A stretch of DNA of 64,000 nt from Nemertoderma westbladi (taxonomy: Eukaryota > Animalia > Xenacoelomorpha), in contig JAUCBJ010000566.1 in assembly GCA_032718475.1 (NCBI GenBank), positions 1-64,000 on the forward strand, given 5' to 3'. Under the pieces are notes generated by a model that made no database searches, was not told the origin of the DNA, and was given only the letters and a program-made list of their open reading frames with translations. This document shows positions 11,901-25,066 of this stretch, in pieces. Position numbers and translations under genes: made by a program. Position 1 is the first letter of the stretch. Each line of letters starts with the position of its first letter.

Positions 11901-12857
11901 TATGATATAGTAAGAGAGATCTGCATCGTTGGGTTTGGATGGGCAGAACTTAGATTTGTACTTAAGGTTTGATTTATTGAATAGTTTGGTTGTAGGATTG
12001 TTGTTGTCTTTTCCATGGCCTCTATTTCGAGGACCTGGGTTTGGGTGAATGTTTCCAGACTTTGCCAATAAGGAATTTATTGTTATTGCCAAAATCAAGA
12101 TAACATCGAGAATTGAGCTCCGATAAACATTAAATGAAAATTTGATACAATGAAAAATAAGTAAAATGATATCTTTTTGTTTTTTGATGCTTCTAAACGA
12201 GGGCCCATCCATAATTAAAGGTATATTATTTTGAAGTTGTGATATTAAAGTTATGGAGACCAAGCAATGTACGGCAAGCAGATATATCAAAAGTATTATA
12301 ATAGCATTTCGGTACTCAAGTGGATTAAAAAATTTACGTGAAATATGAGCAGTGTGGCTGGAAGCCCTTGCTCTAGAGGTACGATAAAATAGTGAAACGA
12401 GAAAAAATATCGTTGAAAAGAGAAAAGAAACTGATAATTGAAAATATATTACGTATCGTGTTGAACGCATATTTGTGCCGAGGAAGTGTTGCGGCAGCAA
12501 AATGGAAATTAGCCATAACATTATAATCAAGGACCGTATTGCACGTCTTGCGATAACTGTTGCACAGATAATGTTACTAGACCTTTTTGCTCTGTTGTTT
12601 AAAAAAACGGTATTTGATATTTTATAGACTAATATCAGCAATGACAAACGCGTAGCTATAGCAAGACATGCGATTGGCAACACGGTCGTATACGATTTAT
12701 AGGTCTTAAATGACTTAAATGTATCACAAAATATTAAATATATTGCATTAAAAACTTGATCTGCAATACGTAGACAATCGCAAAGAAATTGTAAAATATT
12801 GTTGTGGAAATTTGACATGGCAAGGCTGTGATTGGATAGCTCAAGTGACGGTACCAA
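8991..12857 (-). pseudogene. LINE ORF2: hydrophobic leader, 2A-like NPGP, AP endonuclease, reverse transcriptase; broken by a frameshift/stop near 10850-10985
   Basis: APE: HINARSL, SETETWL, GDFNIN, TLLDLV, SDHE. RT: YRPISI, QFGFR, DLSKAF, GVPQGTCLGP, YADD. Confidence 0.92.
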
Positions 12858-13494
12858 ATTAATACGTATGAATGTGAAGTTAGTTCAATACCTCTATTTG
12901 TCCATGTGTTGCCTGTTGTGATCATTCGTGATAGTTTGTAATGCAAAGTAGCAATAATACAAAATACGGTTAGTAAGAAAAGAGACCCTATTACTATCAT
13001 GTTTTTATTTAAAATGTTCATGAAAAAAGAAAAAAAATTGAAATGGTTTTACTTATCAATATTATTCTGAGTTAGGCTCAGATAAATAAAATATTTCATA
13101 TTGTAAAAGTAGGATAAAATTAGACAATGTGTATCATAGTAAAAAGTGTCTTTTTTATTTGGAAGACAGCAAAGAGGCAGTAAAAACTGACTGTTAACAA
13201 TAATATATATAGTCAATGTTGTGATTATCATAAAAGCTTAAATAATTGCATTTATATACCTTTTTATAGGGTTAACTATGTATGAGATATCTTGAATTAT
13301 AGATTATGTTACGATAGGTTTGGCGAATACGTTTGTTGAATTGTGTTAGGCGCATTGCTGATTTACAGCTTGCGTTACCATGCGACCAATTATACCTGCG
13401 AGCTCTACACCGAGATTACCTTCAGAGCTAGCTGAAGGGCTTGCGCTACTAGCTGGAATACTTCTAACAAAGCGTTGCTGTCGACTGTGATTTT

Positions 13495-15123
13495 TTAATA
13501 TGGTTGTTGTGCCGATCTCTCAGGCTGAGAATGGTAACCGCTGCTTCTGTATCCGGATGTAGGATATAAAGAGCGAGGTGGAGGATGTCTGTTCTGATAG
13601 CGGGGGTTGGCGGCAATGGGTCGAGATGTTCCGCTGTACCCAAAACCGCTGGTTCCTGATCCTGGGTCTCTAATGATAGGTTCACGTTGTACTACCTCCG
13701 AGAACTTTACAGGGTTGGGAGAGTGTAAGGCTTTTTGGATAGCTTCTGTTAATAACTGCTGACTGTGACGTGAAAGATGTATTCCATCTCGTCCAAAGGC
13801 CTGCTTCAACACAGTTGTATTAACTGTGAACGCCGGCCACATTGGGAGGAAGATTATTTCGAGTTCGCTACACACTTCCCGGATGACGCAATTACATTGC
13901 ATGATTGGACCCAAGCTCGCTGCGTGTGTGACCGGGGGTATTTCACATATATAGGTATTCATCGGGGAGAATACTTCTACACAGGATCCGTTTGCACCAG
14001 ATTATCTTTAAAAGTCGGTAGAGGGACCTTTAGATCATTCGTACCTATTCCTAGGATGCAGGAAGTTAGGGTTTCTTTTTCATACCGATCGATAAGTTGT
14101 GGCGCATCGCTGTAAGATAACCCAGGATACGAATGCACCTGTGTCGATTGATCTATATTCCTTGGATCAATGTGATTAAACAGGGTCGAGCCGATAATTA
14201 GGGAAGATGTGCGGATGTTCCGACGGCGAGGAACAAAACCGATATCGAATTCTGCCGCGCTGACGCTGTCGATATCCACTACATCGTCTGATTGGATGTT
14301 TGCATATGAAATGCTGCTTCCTTGCGGTAGGCCAGTATGCGTATCTGGTAGTAGGCCTTCTGTTGAATCAGTGATCCCGGGGGCTGAGTCAGATGTATTG
14401 TCGGTATCGGTATAGCTGCCGGTAGCCCCAGCTGTGACTGTTGCACTCGGGATGCTCGCGTTGGTTTCCTCGATCTCGTCCGGTGCCAGTACCGGTATGC
14501 ATGAGGTCCCAGTCCTCATAGACTATAGTATATTGTAGTGTGCTCACTTTGTCCTGCAGTTTACTTGTATGAAGCGCGTCTTCACGCCGAATCACATGAA
14601 ATTGTCCGAGCTGTTCTTCTAGTGTTTCGATTCGTGATAGTAAGAGATCTAGTTTAGTTTCTGTACTAAGCAGTGGACCCGGAGTGGGTGTTGTCTGTAT
14701 AGCACCCCGTTCAGTAGGTACTTCATGTTCGATACTGGATGCAGTCCCGTCGACGGAGCTCAGTCCTTCCCATGTAATTGTGTCATCCAAAACCGAGTTA
14801 GGTTGGACCGTTAGGTTCCGTCCCGCACCTGCATCCATTGCCGAGTTGGCAGACCGGAGCTGGCCTGTTACGAGCTGCCGTTCTGGAGGGGTTCCGTACG
14901 GTCCTGAGTTACGCTTTTTACCTGAATATAGCGAAGTTCTATCCTCTTTTTGTAATCGTTTTATCAGATCAAGTTTAGAACCGCAGGTTCGCAAGTTTAC
15001 TTTGGTAATTTCTGCTTTCAATTCCATAATGGACCAAGATGTATATTCGACACCTAACGGTGGTGGCGCTCGCAAGAAGTCTGCAGCGTTCGGTGAGGAA
15101 GTCACGGCGAATTTACCATACAA
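13495..15123 (-). pseudogene. LINE ORF1 (frameshifted): SAP domain, coiled coil, SGNH esterase
   Basis: SAP-like WSIMELKAEITKVNLRTCGSKLDLIKRLQ. SGNH blocks LIIGST, HSYPG, GIGTNDL and DGIHLS spread over three ORF pieces. Confidence 0.85.
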
Positions 15124-16001
15124 GGCCAGTAGTCAGGAAGTCAGCTAGTAACGCAGTAAGCAGTAGGTGTTGCGGTACAGCAGTATATATTCAGTTATTA
15201 CTGTCAGACAATCTGTTTGTAACTATGAGTACCTGTATATATTTGTATATAATATTATATTTAGCCTGATGCAGAACTATAATATGAACAATAAACAATA
15301 AACAAGATGTATCTTGTTTAGCGTACTATGAACAATAAACAAGATGTATCCATCCCCGATTGTATAAACGAGCTGAATCCCGATGTTTGTTTGGAGAATA
15401 TTTTATCAGTTCAATCATAAATCGTGCGGTGAATCTGTGTCGAAAATCAGGATGCTCCTGTGCACGGTCTGTAATCAGTTTCCTTACTGCCTGCTGTATT
15501 ACTGGCGAATTACTAAAACTGGCAAACCCCACCCCCTTTTATAGACAACCGCCTAATGTACAATACATACGGTAATTATTTTCCAAACGTAGCCTAAACA
15601 AGCTACCCCTATTCTCCGCTATGCAGCGTAATATCCCTAAATTTACCCAAATGTATGGAGCTAAGCTAATTTAATTTATACAGAATTGCTATTTATCAAA
15701 TTATTTATTATTCCAGAATTCGTAACCCTAATTTTAGTTATGGTAATAATTACATAGATTTTGACTAATTTTACTGTATTAATTTGTCCTAATTTACGAT
15801 TCAAACAAGATAGCAATTTAGAAACAGAAAACAAGCAAGAAATAGTACGGTAATTATTCCGGCCCAGCAACATTACATTGGCCATACAGCATTAGCTCAA
15901 GTACCGGTAACACAACGTTAGCGTAATTTCTGATAAAACCCCTTAAATTATATATTAGCGTGTTTCTATTAGTTCAATGTCAGAGGAACTTATAATGATT
16001 C

Positions 16002-16457
16002 AATTAATAATTAAATGCTTGAGTTAATACAATTATTTTATTCTTTAATTGTCAAGCTGAAGTAAAAAACCTTACCGGTAGGTATGCCAGTACAGTACGA
16101 TACAAATACTAAAATAAAAAAGCAACTGACCATTAGACGTGGTCAGTTCTACCCTATAAGATATACAGATATATAAGATGTCAGATATACACTTCTACCT
16201 TGTTTCACTTTACCGTCCCGTCTCCCTTGGGAACTTCTATCTATTGTCTATCTATCTATTTCTAGCACTAGCTACTTGAGAAAGCCCCCATTGGGGCGAA
16301 ACCTACTGATCAGCTGACAGCCGTCAGCTGATCACTGATTGCATGCAATGTCTAATGGTCAGTTGCTTTTTTATTTTAGTATTTGTATCGTACTGTACTC
16401 AGGCATACCTACCGGTAAGGTTTTTTACTTCAGCTTGACAATTAAAGAATAAAATAA
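16002..16457. mobile_element. Inverted-repeat insertion, probably a Penelope-like pLTR remnant (a MITE is the alternative)
   Basis: ~110-bp arms (~16031-16138, ~16350-16459). 12-bp TSD TTATAATGATTC at 15990-16001 and 16458-16469. Internal CTTGAGAAA-GCCCC/GGGGC-GAAAC motif at 16275-16302. Confidence 0.6.
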
Positions 16458-16564
16458 TTATAATGATTCGTTCTGACAAAACCGCCGAAAATCCATGATA
16501 TGATAGGGTAATTGGCCTTGAAATAATTGAGGGGGTTTTGAAGTAGGCCTACGGTATAGATACA

Positions 16565-16712
16565 GAACTAGTCGAATTATGAAATCCGATCAGGAGACCA
16601 ATTTCGTAGGTGCCAACAACGAGATTTCTAAATTTATCACTGACTGGAATAACCATCAACTTGCAGAACACCTCAAAGTGTCAGCATCTACGTGGACATT
16701 TAACGCCGCTGA
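16565..16712 (+). pseudogene. Isolated BEL/Pao integrase core fragment
   Basis: MKSDQETNFVGANNEISKFITDWNNHQLAEHLKVSASTWTFNAAD matches MRSDKGTNFIGANNEIKAYVNDWNQRQVDDQLKVTASSWTFNAAD in 41493-43205. Confidence 0.85.
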
Positions 16713-16862
16713 TACTACTACTACTACTAGGATCGGCATGCTGCATTGCAGCTGCATTTTTAAGAATGCTGTGCCGGCTTGTCAACAAAATTGCACCGCC
16801 ACAACTCTCTATCACCCATGACATTTGCTAGATCATCCGCATCTTTAAGGCCAGTGTCCTTT
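16713..16862 (-). mobile_element. RTE family A 3' end
   Basis: (CTA)n-GGATCGGCATGCTGCATTGCAGCTGC...; same sequence as the other family A copies. Confidence 0.85.
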
Positions 16863-17568
16863 AATTAATTAATTAATTAATTATTAATTAATTAATTAAA
16901 TTAAATTCTTCTGTTATTTGGTTATGTAATATCACTCATACCCTGAGATCATAGACATTTTCTAGACACAAAACCCAGGAAGGTCTCTATAGCTGAGCAT
17001 TATTGATAACCTGGGATTGTGTTAGACCTATATGCGTTGTCTTACCTCTAAATCAATAAATAATTAATCTATGGCGATATTTCTTGAATGTAATACAAGC
17101 GAAGCCCTTAATATTAATAACATCATGATTGAGTGTTGCCATAAATTGAATACTGGAGCGATAATAATATAAACAAATACAGAATAGTTGCAATACATTT
17201 CCCCTAAAGGGAAACGCAATCACCAGACTTGAGCCCTTACGTAAATAATTAGTCAGACATTTACTTATTGTATTGTGCCGCCACACCCTCACTGTACTGT
17301 ATATTAGTGGAAAATAATAGATGATCAATTACCATTATAGACTGAGCGAAACGTTGAGCAAATCAATACCATTGTGGGGAAGAGGGAATAAAAGTGATTC
17401 ACTCAAGCGGCCTTCAATTGAAGGTACACCTACTAGCGGCATTACCGTTTCAAGTGTTTCAGACTGGGTGTTTTACTCGCATTCTTATGTGCTCTACAAA
17501 ACAATCAGAGAGAGTCAAAATATATAAAATAAGGGTTAAAAACGTATTTTTTGTCAAATGCGCTAACA

Positions 17569-20480
17569 CTACTACTACTAGGATCGACATGCTGGATTCC
17601 AGCTGCATTTTTAAGAATGCTGTGTCGGCTTATCGACAAAATTGCACCGCCACAACTCCCTATCACCCATGACATTTGCTAGATCATCCGCATCTTCAAG
17701 GCCATTGTCCTTTAAGATGCGTCTCAAGAAAGTCATGGGCTGTCCACCATGCTTATTCACTCCATGATAGTCAACAACAAATATGCACAAGAATGGTGCA
17801 AGTGTGTCTCCCTTCCACAAAGATAACAGCCAGATGCTTGTCTTTCTTTTTTGATAACTCTTCAATTATCCTTCTAAGTGCCAAAATGGGCTCCATGGTC
17901 CCACGACCTTTACAGCCTTTACATTCTGATTTCCACGGAGCTGATGGATCTCTGATGCGATTTAATAGAATTCTATTGTATAGCTTTGCAGCAATCGAGA
18001 TCAATGAGATTCCCCGAAAAGAACCATAGAGTGTTAGGTTGCCCTTCTTGGGAACTGGCACCAACTTATTTGTTTTCATTTCTTGTGGGACTCTTGTTGC
18101 TCGGTACATGTCTGCTATGATGGGATAGATGAGCTTTAAACACTCAGGTATTTTAAAGACCTCAGGGGGAACACCATCTACCCCACTGGCACGATTGGTC
18201 TTAATGCTCTTTGCAGCAGCCTTCACTTTTGCAAAGGAGATATCGCCAATGGGAATATCTGGGAGTACAGACTCAGACACTTTTACTTCTATAAAGTTAT
18301 CAGGCAATACACTGTCATTATTGAGGAGCTTTTCAAAGTGGGCCTTCCAACCATTGAGGCGATCGGCTGGTGATTCAGCCTAAACCTTGGTGGTTGGTTG
18401 GCTTTTTTGACCAGTAAGCAAGTTGATCGAACTCCATGCCTGGGAGGATTGCCTGCTGTCGTCAGCATCACTGATGGCATCAACCTGTTGGTTTATTAGC
18501 TCCTGTAAATTAACAGAGTACTGCCTGTTCAGGGACCTAGGTGCAGCCTTAACTGCATTCTTGGCCAATGTAGTCTGTTTGAGTCGGAACTCTTTCTGCG
18601 CCTTGTAGAGGTCATTTCGGCACTTCTGAATTTTGTTGTCAATCCAGGGGGCCCGTTTCCTGTTTTGAGGGTATACAGGAACTGTTTCTGCAGCTGATAA
18701 CTTAACTGCCTCTGTGAAGGCAGTATAGCCCTCACAGTGATCTGCCGCTTCAAGGCAAGAATCTCATACCTGTTGCTCAGCTGTAGTGTGAAGCTGGATC
18801 TCACACTTGGCTGTTGCAACAGAGAGGACCAGTCATGCCGAGGCAAGGCAGATTTTGTTGTTCTGCTAGCACGCAGACTAAGTCTTACCTTGGCCACAAT
18901 AAGGCAGTGATCACTGGAGAAGGGTCGAAGTGTAAAATGCATTACAGTCTTGTATAGAGCTCCTCTATTTCCTACGAAACAGGATATGGTCTATCAGGGA
19001 CTTGTGACGACTGGGTCCACTATGAGTCCATAGCTTTCCAGTTCGCTTCTTGAACTGGGTTCCAGCCGAAAACAAACCATTTCCAGTGATAAAATCCTGA
19101 AGATGAACGGAATTTCGGTTAACACTATTGCTATAGACCCAGGGCGATGTAGGTGATTGATGCAGACTTGCATTAAGGGGGGGGGGGGGGGGGGGGGGGG
19201 GTATATCCCCCTATGAACATTTTTTTAAAATGGCTGTCAATTACTGTTAAATGATAATATTGCTATTTTGTCATGGTCAACCACTGTATGGAAGGCCAAA
19301 TAGCCTTTATAGTAAAATTTAAAAATGTGCAGCCTCCCCCTAGCGGCTGGCGGCGGAATTAAAGATTTCACTCAAATTGCTACTAGTGCCTCAATTTTGG
19401 TCCAAATTTCTTAAAACCAACTTTTTTGGACTCAACGTGATCGACTCTACAAAAGTTATCTTATAGAATTTTTAATTAGCCAATTTTATTTTAATTAATT
19501 ATCCTATTTTTAATTAAAAATGGCTAATTAGAAAAAATGGTTATACTTATCAAAATTCCATAAGATAGCATTTAAAGAGCTTCCAAAGCTCGTTCGAATG
19601 AGCCATAAACGAAGAAAATTGGTTGAAAAATGACGGAGGAGTAGTAATTTGAAAATGAAAAATGTCATTCCGAGAAAATGCCCTTCAAAGTTTAAACCAT
19701 CCCGCCAAAATTGGCTGTCTGTGTTCTGGTTGGTTAATTATTTCTGGCACGAAGGATGCACACCAACAAGCTAAAATGTTCATTACTGGGGTTTTCGGGG
19801 TCGCTGATTTCAATTCCAATGTCAGTTTTAATTTTTGGTGGAATCTAGACTATCTGTCTGTCTGTCGGTCTTCTGTCTTTCTTACAATTTGACGGACAGA
19901 CCGTCATACGGAAAAACAGTGATAACTCGAGAACTGAAAGAGGTCTCACTAAGCGGTTTTCAGATTTCTAATCCTCATTCAATTCTGCTCTAGGTGAAAT
20001 AAAGGAACATTAATTTGAAGGAAAATTTTACCTTTGGGGGGGGGTATACCCCCCCCCCCCCCCCTTAAAGTCTCCCAGGAATGTTAAGAATGCATGCTGA
20101 TCCACTCCATCAGTAGCAGCTTGTATATTGTGGTAGAAATTTCCCACCTCCTCTACAGGGGCAACACTAGTTGGAGAGTAGCACACAATCAGAACCACCT
20201 TAGGAAACTTCTTAGCCAGTCTTCCAGAACATGAGAATTGGCAACGGATGATGCGGTTAGAGATTTGGTCTATTTTGTCCAATGCTGCATGTGCAGTTGG
20301 ATTCATCAATAGACCAATTCCACCATTGCCAATATCATCTGCTGACGCGAGGGCGAGTCGCTAACCGCCCCCCTTAATCTCATCTCCCCAATCATCATCC
20401 TTAATCAGAACCTCATCAGTCTGTCCATTCTGCATTCGGTGCTCTTGAACACCCACTGCGCTAAGAGAAAGCTTATCTGC
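17569..20480 (-). pseudogene. RTE LINE (AP endonuclease, start of RT, family A 3' end) with internal deletions, interrupted by a DNA transposon
   Basis: VGVQEHR, CYSPT, FLGDFN (restored across the insert), SDHC, KKGNL..FRGISLISIAAKLYN, GDTLAPFL, (TAG)n tail. Confidence 0.88.
19177..20064. mobile_element. Non-autonomous TTAA-targeting DNA transposon with G-run termini (Kolobok-like)
   Basis: TTAA at 19173-19176 and 20065-20068; termini (G)nTATA.CCCCC and GGGGGTATA(C)n. Removing it restores FLGDFNASL in the RTE. Confidence 0.8.
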
Positions 20481-20797
20481 GCTAACACTAATCAGCAATA
20501 AAATATAACCAGATAACAACCTATGCTGATATGCAGCAGTGATGTAATATAATGATATCATGATTACTACTCTCAGATACAATTCAATTTCCCATCACCT
20601 AGAACACCCTTAGTAGGTTATTGGCTTATACATATATAACACATATAGGCCTATGTGAACACGAATGGCAATCATTGCCATTTATTTCCTTGAATATAAT
20701 TCTACACTTGGACAGATTCTTCATTTAGAGGTAAATCCAACACAGATACTTGTGGCACCACCATAATAGAAGAACATGATATTGACATGATTCATAC

Positions 20798-23528
20798 CCC
20801 AGTCAAAAAGACGCATGCGATCCACATGCGTAGGGCATGCGGGATGTGGATTGGATGCGGAATTCAATTTTTTATAAATTTTAAACATTTTTTAGAAATT
20901 TTAAAAAATGATATAATTCATGTTAAAATCATGAATCTACCATAATTATTCAAATATAATGTCATTTATTGCATTTTATTAATTTAGGTGCAATATTGAA
21001 GTGCGGACTTGTGCATGCGATACGCATGCGGATTGGATGCGTGATTCAAATTTTTATAAATTTTAAAAGTGATATAATTCGCCTTAATATCATAAATCTA
21101 CCATAATTATTATTAAATATCATTTATTTCGTTTTATTAATTTTCGTTCGAAATTGAATTACGGAATAGTTCTCGCAAGGATTGGATGCGTAATTCAATT
21201 TTATAATTCAGTCTGCCTCTTGTATGACGTTATTCTGCCAGTTAACCTGCACCATAATAAATCAACACAGGAGCAGCCTCCTTCACTTCTAAGAAAAATC
21301 GTAATTAGCCTATCTGCCAATGGAAATTCAGGATTTTTAAATTAAGGATTTGGTTGTCTTCTACACAAATCATGGTTTTGGCGGGAAAATCAGGCTGCCA
21401 GCTATTTTACCTCTAGCTTCTCCTGAGCTAGGTCAAATTTACCAGTACTGCAGTACAGCAGTATGCAGTAAGCTATCTGCTCCCTCAGTCCCTACAGCCC
21501 TATTCCTGTATTCTGATATTGTTGTAGGCCAATCCAGGTAATGCCCTAATGCAGTACTGCAGTAAAGCACATGTCTGCATGTAATGGTACCGGCTGGTGG
21601 CTGACCTGTCATCAGGTAAAACTAACATGCAAAATAATAAAATCTGAAAATAGGCCTACCCGGTCTGCCGGTAGCGCGGCACCGCTACCTACCGGTAGGC
21701 CAGACTGGAATTTCTCCGAACAGCCGAATTTACGCGGACAGCAGAAGGGAAGATACGCTGCGTATTTTTGCAATTACTCGGGCAGTCGGAAGCCATGTAA
21801 GTAAATACGCTGCCTGCTGCCTGACTGGCTCGCGGCTCGGCAACTCGGCGTATTCTGCACAATGCTGCAATGTGCAATGTACAGACAGAGACAGATCAGC
21901 AGATGTACGCTACGCCGAAGACTGGAAGACAGAAGATACCGGACTGAAAGCAGGAACTGCTGAACTGAGGAAGGTGAGATGTCAATGACAGACATACAGA
22001 ACAGACAGCCCAGCGTGTAGCCTAGCAGAAGGAGGCTGGAGAGGGAGGACGTAGTGGTGGCGCTCAGACAGTCAGACGGAGGCTGGAGAGGGAGGGCGTG
22101 ATGACGGAGGCGTCGAGGAAATTATTAAGGGAAGGAAAACGAAGATTACACTAATATCTAAAAAAGACATGATCAAGCGACGAAAGCGAATTCGAGTGTA
22201 CAGTTCTGATTAAATAAGGTTAAAATAAAAATGTTTTGTTTGGAGTATTTTGTTCAAGTTCCTAATCCTAATAAAACTATTTTGTAACATTTTTGTTTGT
22301 AACTTGTTTTTATAACGAGCAATAATTGAAAGACCTGTTACTTATTATGTTTTGGTTATAAGATATTGCCATTGTATTCGTTCGATTCCCATTAACTTCA
22401 TTATTTCTTCGTCCAGGTGCAATTTGTGTCGATAGACCCACCACCCCCTCCCTTACCCGTCGCTCATTTTGAGTTCAAATTATTACTGCACATTTGAGGC
22501 TTTGATTCATTAACAGGTATATAACGCTCTCTAACAAACTACAATATGGTAGGGTTTAAACACTACGCCGATATCCGACAGCCGACAACCACTGCCGACA
22601 ACAGCAAATATGAAAATGTAACCTGAGTTTGTGACTCGTTTATTGTTTTTTTAGAATAACCTTCCACTGTAACCTGTTCCTTTCCCTCAATTAATAAATA
22701 ACATTATTAATTCGCTTTAATAATGGTTGTCGGTATAGAGTTTAGACCCAACACAATATGGTGCGAATGCGAAGTGTTAATGTATCACTCTGTGCTTGAA
22801 TTATTATTCAAAATTTCATTTGGACATCTTTAGCGGCAATTTGCGGCCTTCCCAACCAATCAAGATCAGCGCCAAGGAACACTCAACACGGGGGTGGGAA
22901 TGTAGCACAGCACCCCCCTATTTTGGAAATTGTCAAACAAATTTCCAATCCTATCATGTGCATGCGCCGATTTTAATAGAGATTTCAAATCTGCAAGCAG
23001 CTTTCTCATATATTTTCTTAAACTCGAGTTATTAGTCAAAACGTTAGACTTCGAGCTGCACAATATTTACAATTGCATAAGGCCCTTCATCCTATAAAAC
23101 GTAACAAGTGCATGTTGATACACTGTATGTATGACATTCCTACAGTGGAGTTTTACCAAATAGACCGACTGAGAAATGACCAGACATATATTAGACTATA
23201 TATAATATATGCGACCTTTTTAAGATGTGACTTGACGCAAATTGGCAGTAGGAGTGCGAAATGGGCATGGACCTGTGCGGTAAGGGTTTTGCGTGTGGAT
23301 ATTTGTAGTTCTGCATATGGACACGCTTGTTGTCCGCATGCGGACCACATTCGGACACACACGCGGTCCGCATGCAGACTATATTCGGACACACATGCGG
23401 TCCGCATGCGGACACACATGCGGTCCGCATGCGTATCGCACTTTTTCGACCGGACATACGCGCATGCGCTACGCATGCGGTTTTGGTGCATCACCCGCAT
23501 GCGTATCGCATGTGGATTTTTGACTGGG
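20798..23528. mobile_element. Non-autonomous CMC/EnSpm-like DNA transposon
   Basis: TIR CCCAGTCAAAAA...TTTTTGACTGGG, 2-bp TSD AC (20796-97, 23529-30), subterminal CGCATGCG repeats at ~20810-21040 and ~23320-23515. Confidence 0.8.
22551..22752. mobile_element. Small MITE nested in the EnSpm-like element (possibly MULE-type)
   Basis: Imperfect TIR GGGTTTAAACACTA...CCGACAACC / GGTTGTCGGTATAGAGTTTAGACCC, flanked by direct repeat ACAATATGGT (22541-22550, 22753-22762). Confidence 0.55.
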
Positions 23529-24383
23529 ACCTTTGCAATGCAAAGGTTTTCATACCATACCAATGCACAAAGTTTTTCTAATGGTGATGAGGAAGATATT
23601 AAGAGATTGGAGTAAGGGACCACTTTTCAGCAGGATGCATTCTAGAATTTCAAATTCAATATCAAGTCGTCTAATTTCACTAAGTTTGCAAGTCCCATGT
23701 GAGTTTGCTAGAGAACCAGAGGAACGCATGAAATTAACATAAAGAAGGCAACTGAATTTAGACAGTGTTTATTTTAAACAGGTCCAGTTGTAGTACTGAG
23801 CGGAGTGTTGCCAGGTGCATTCTTTAAGCATTTTCTTATATTTACATGTTGCAATTCGTATTTTCTCGGTTGAGGGAATTGAGCATAATTCGATAGTGTT
23901 GAGTGTGGTCAGAAATTGTTTGTTAAATTTGAAAAGTTGTGCTCAAGTAAGTATATATTTGCCCTAATGTTGTCCTATAACATACATATTAGTAAAATTT
24001 GCGTGTCTTCCCATATATTATTAATCACATCTCTGTAAAATAAAGCATGAACGCATTGTTCGCGTCCTTATGAATTATTAACTTTATTTAGCCGTAATTT
24101 AAACGCTGTTTTGCTACCTGTGCGCGATTATATAACCTGGAGAAAACTCCATTGCTCTGGATGAAATTTTAGCTATGTTTGTAACCCTAACTAGAGAGGC
24201 CTAACTTAAGTAAAATACTACTCAAATACATTAAATGAAATAAAAATCACTCTTACATTATATTACATATTTCTCCCATGATCATTCGCATATCGTTATA
24301 TTCGCTTATAATAATATGATTAATCCACTGGAATAGTGAGTAACTGCTTAGTAATTTTCAGAACATTTTCTGAATAAACGTAC

Positions 24384-24584
24384 CTATATCTGTTCAAAGA
24401 CTTCCACCTCATCTATGTTGATGAAATTTGCTCCATGAAAGATAATTGGATATCTTCCAGTCAATCCTTGACATGGTACACTGATGACAAGATCCGAGGA
24501 TGATATTGTGTCACATAGCTGATCAATGTTACTACCAAGCGCACGTAAATAAGCATCATCATTGACATTATTTATAACCAATAT
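24384..24584 (-). CDS. Host gene last coding exon: C-terminal half of an F-type lectin / F5-8 type C domain
   Basis: AG acceptor at 24586-24585, phase 0; ILVINN...QLC...VPCQGLTGRYPIIF...IDEVEVFEQI*. Confidence 0.75.
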   Translation of the reverse strand: MLVINNVNDDAYLRALGSNIDQLCDTISSSDLVISVPCQGLTGRYPIIFHGANFINIDEVEVFEQI

Positions 24585-25066
24585 CTATAATTAATTAATT
24601 AATATTAATTTTGGTTAACAAATTAATGCGGGTTAATTATCAACCTTTATTTAAATATAATTTAATATTTATTACAAATAAAACAGGAATTTATAATATG
24701 GTGATATTTCACTATTTTAAATTTCCAATATATTTGGATAGTTTCTGGCAATACAAAATTTATAGCCAACATTTTGGAAATGATCAAAAATTTTTGCGAT
24801 ACTGATTGAAATACAATAACAGTACACGTTCATGGGACCTTCGCACACGTCATGTAAGTCTAGACAATGACGACCACGACAACAACAATTACAATGATGA
24901 TGACGAGTTTTACTAACATACCCTTATGATAGCTCACCTGGACTTATGTGGTTTGTCCCAATTTTAAAATCACTGGGTATCTTAATTGTATTACTCATTA
25001 ATCAGAGGGTTAGTTTTTGGCCCTTTTATAATCTCACAAAAGGTACATTCACATTTAAATATTTAC

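Larger units (their letters stand above)
8623..15200 (-). mobile_element. Near full-length L2/CR1-group LINE with ORF1, ORF2 and (CTAT)n tail
   Basis: AATAAA followed by (CTAT)n at ~8623-8653 on the minus strand; ORF1 and ORF2 as listed. The 5' end is approximate. Confidence 0.88.

Noticed and set aside
15326-15575. Short protein-like ORFs and a 23-bp direct repeat next to the L2 5' end
   Set aside because: No recognisable motif; I could not link them to the 8361 fragment or to a TSD.
21900-22220. Purine-rich stretch with a short direct repeat, possibly a solo LTR
   Set aside because: I could not define TG...CA ends or a TSD.
23073-23623. Several overlapping Cys/His-rich ORFs
   Set aside because: They arise from the CGCATGCG subterminal repeats of the EnSpm-like element and are open on both strands.
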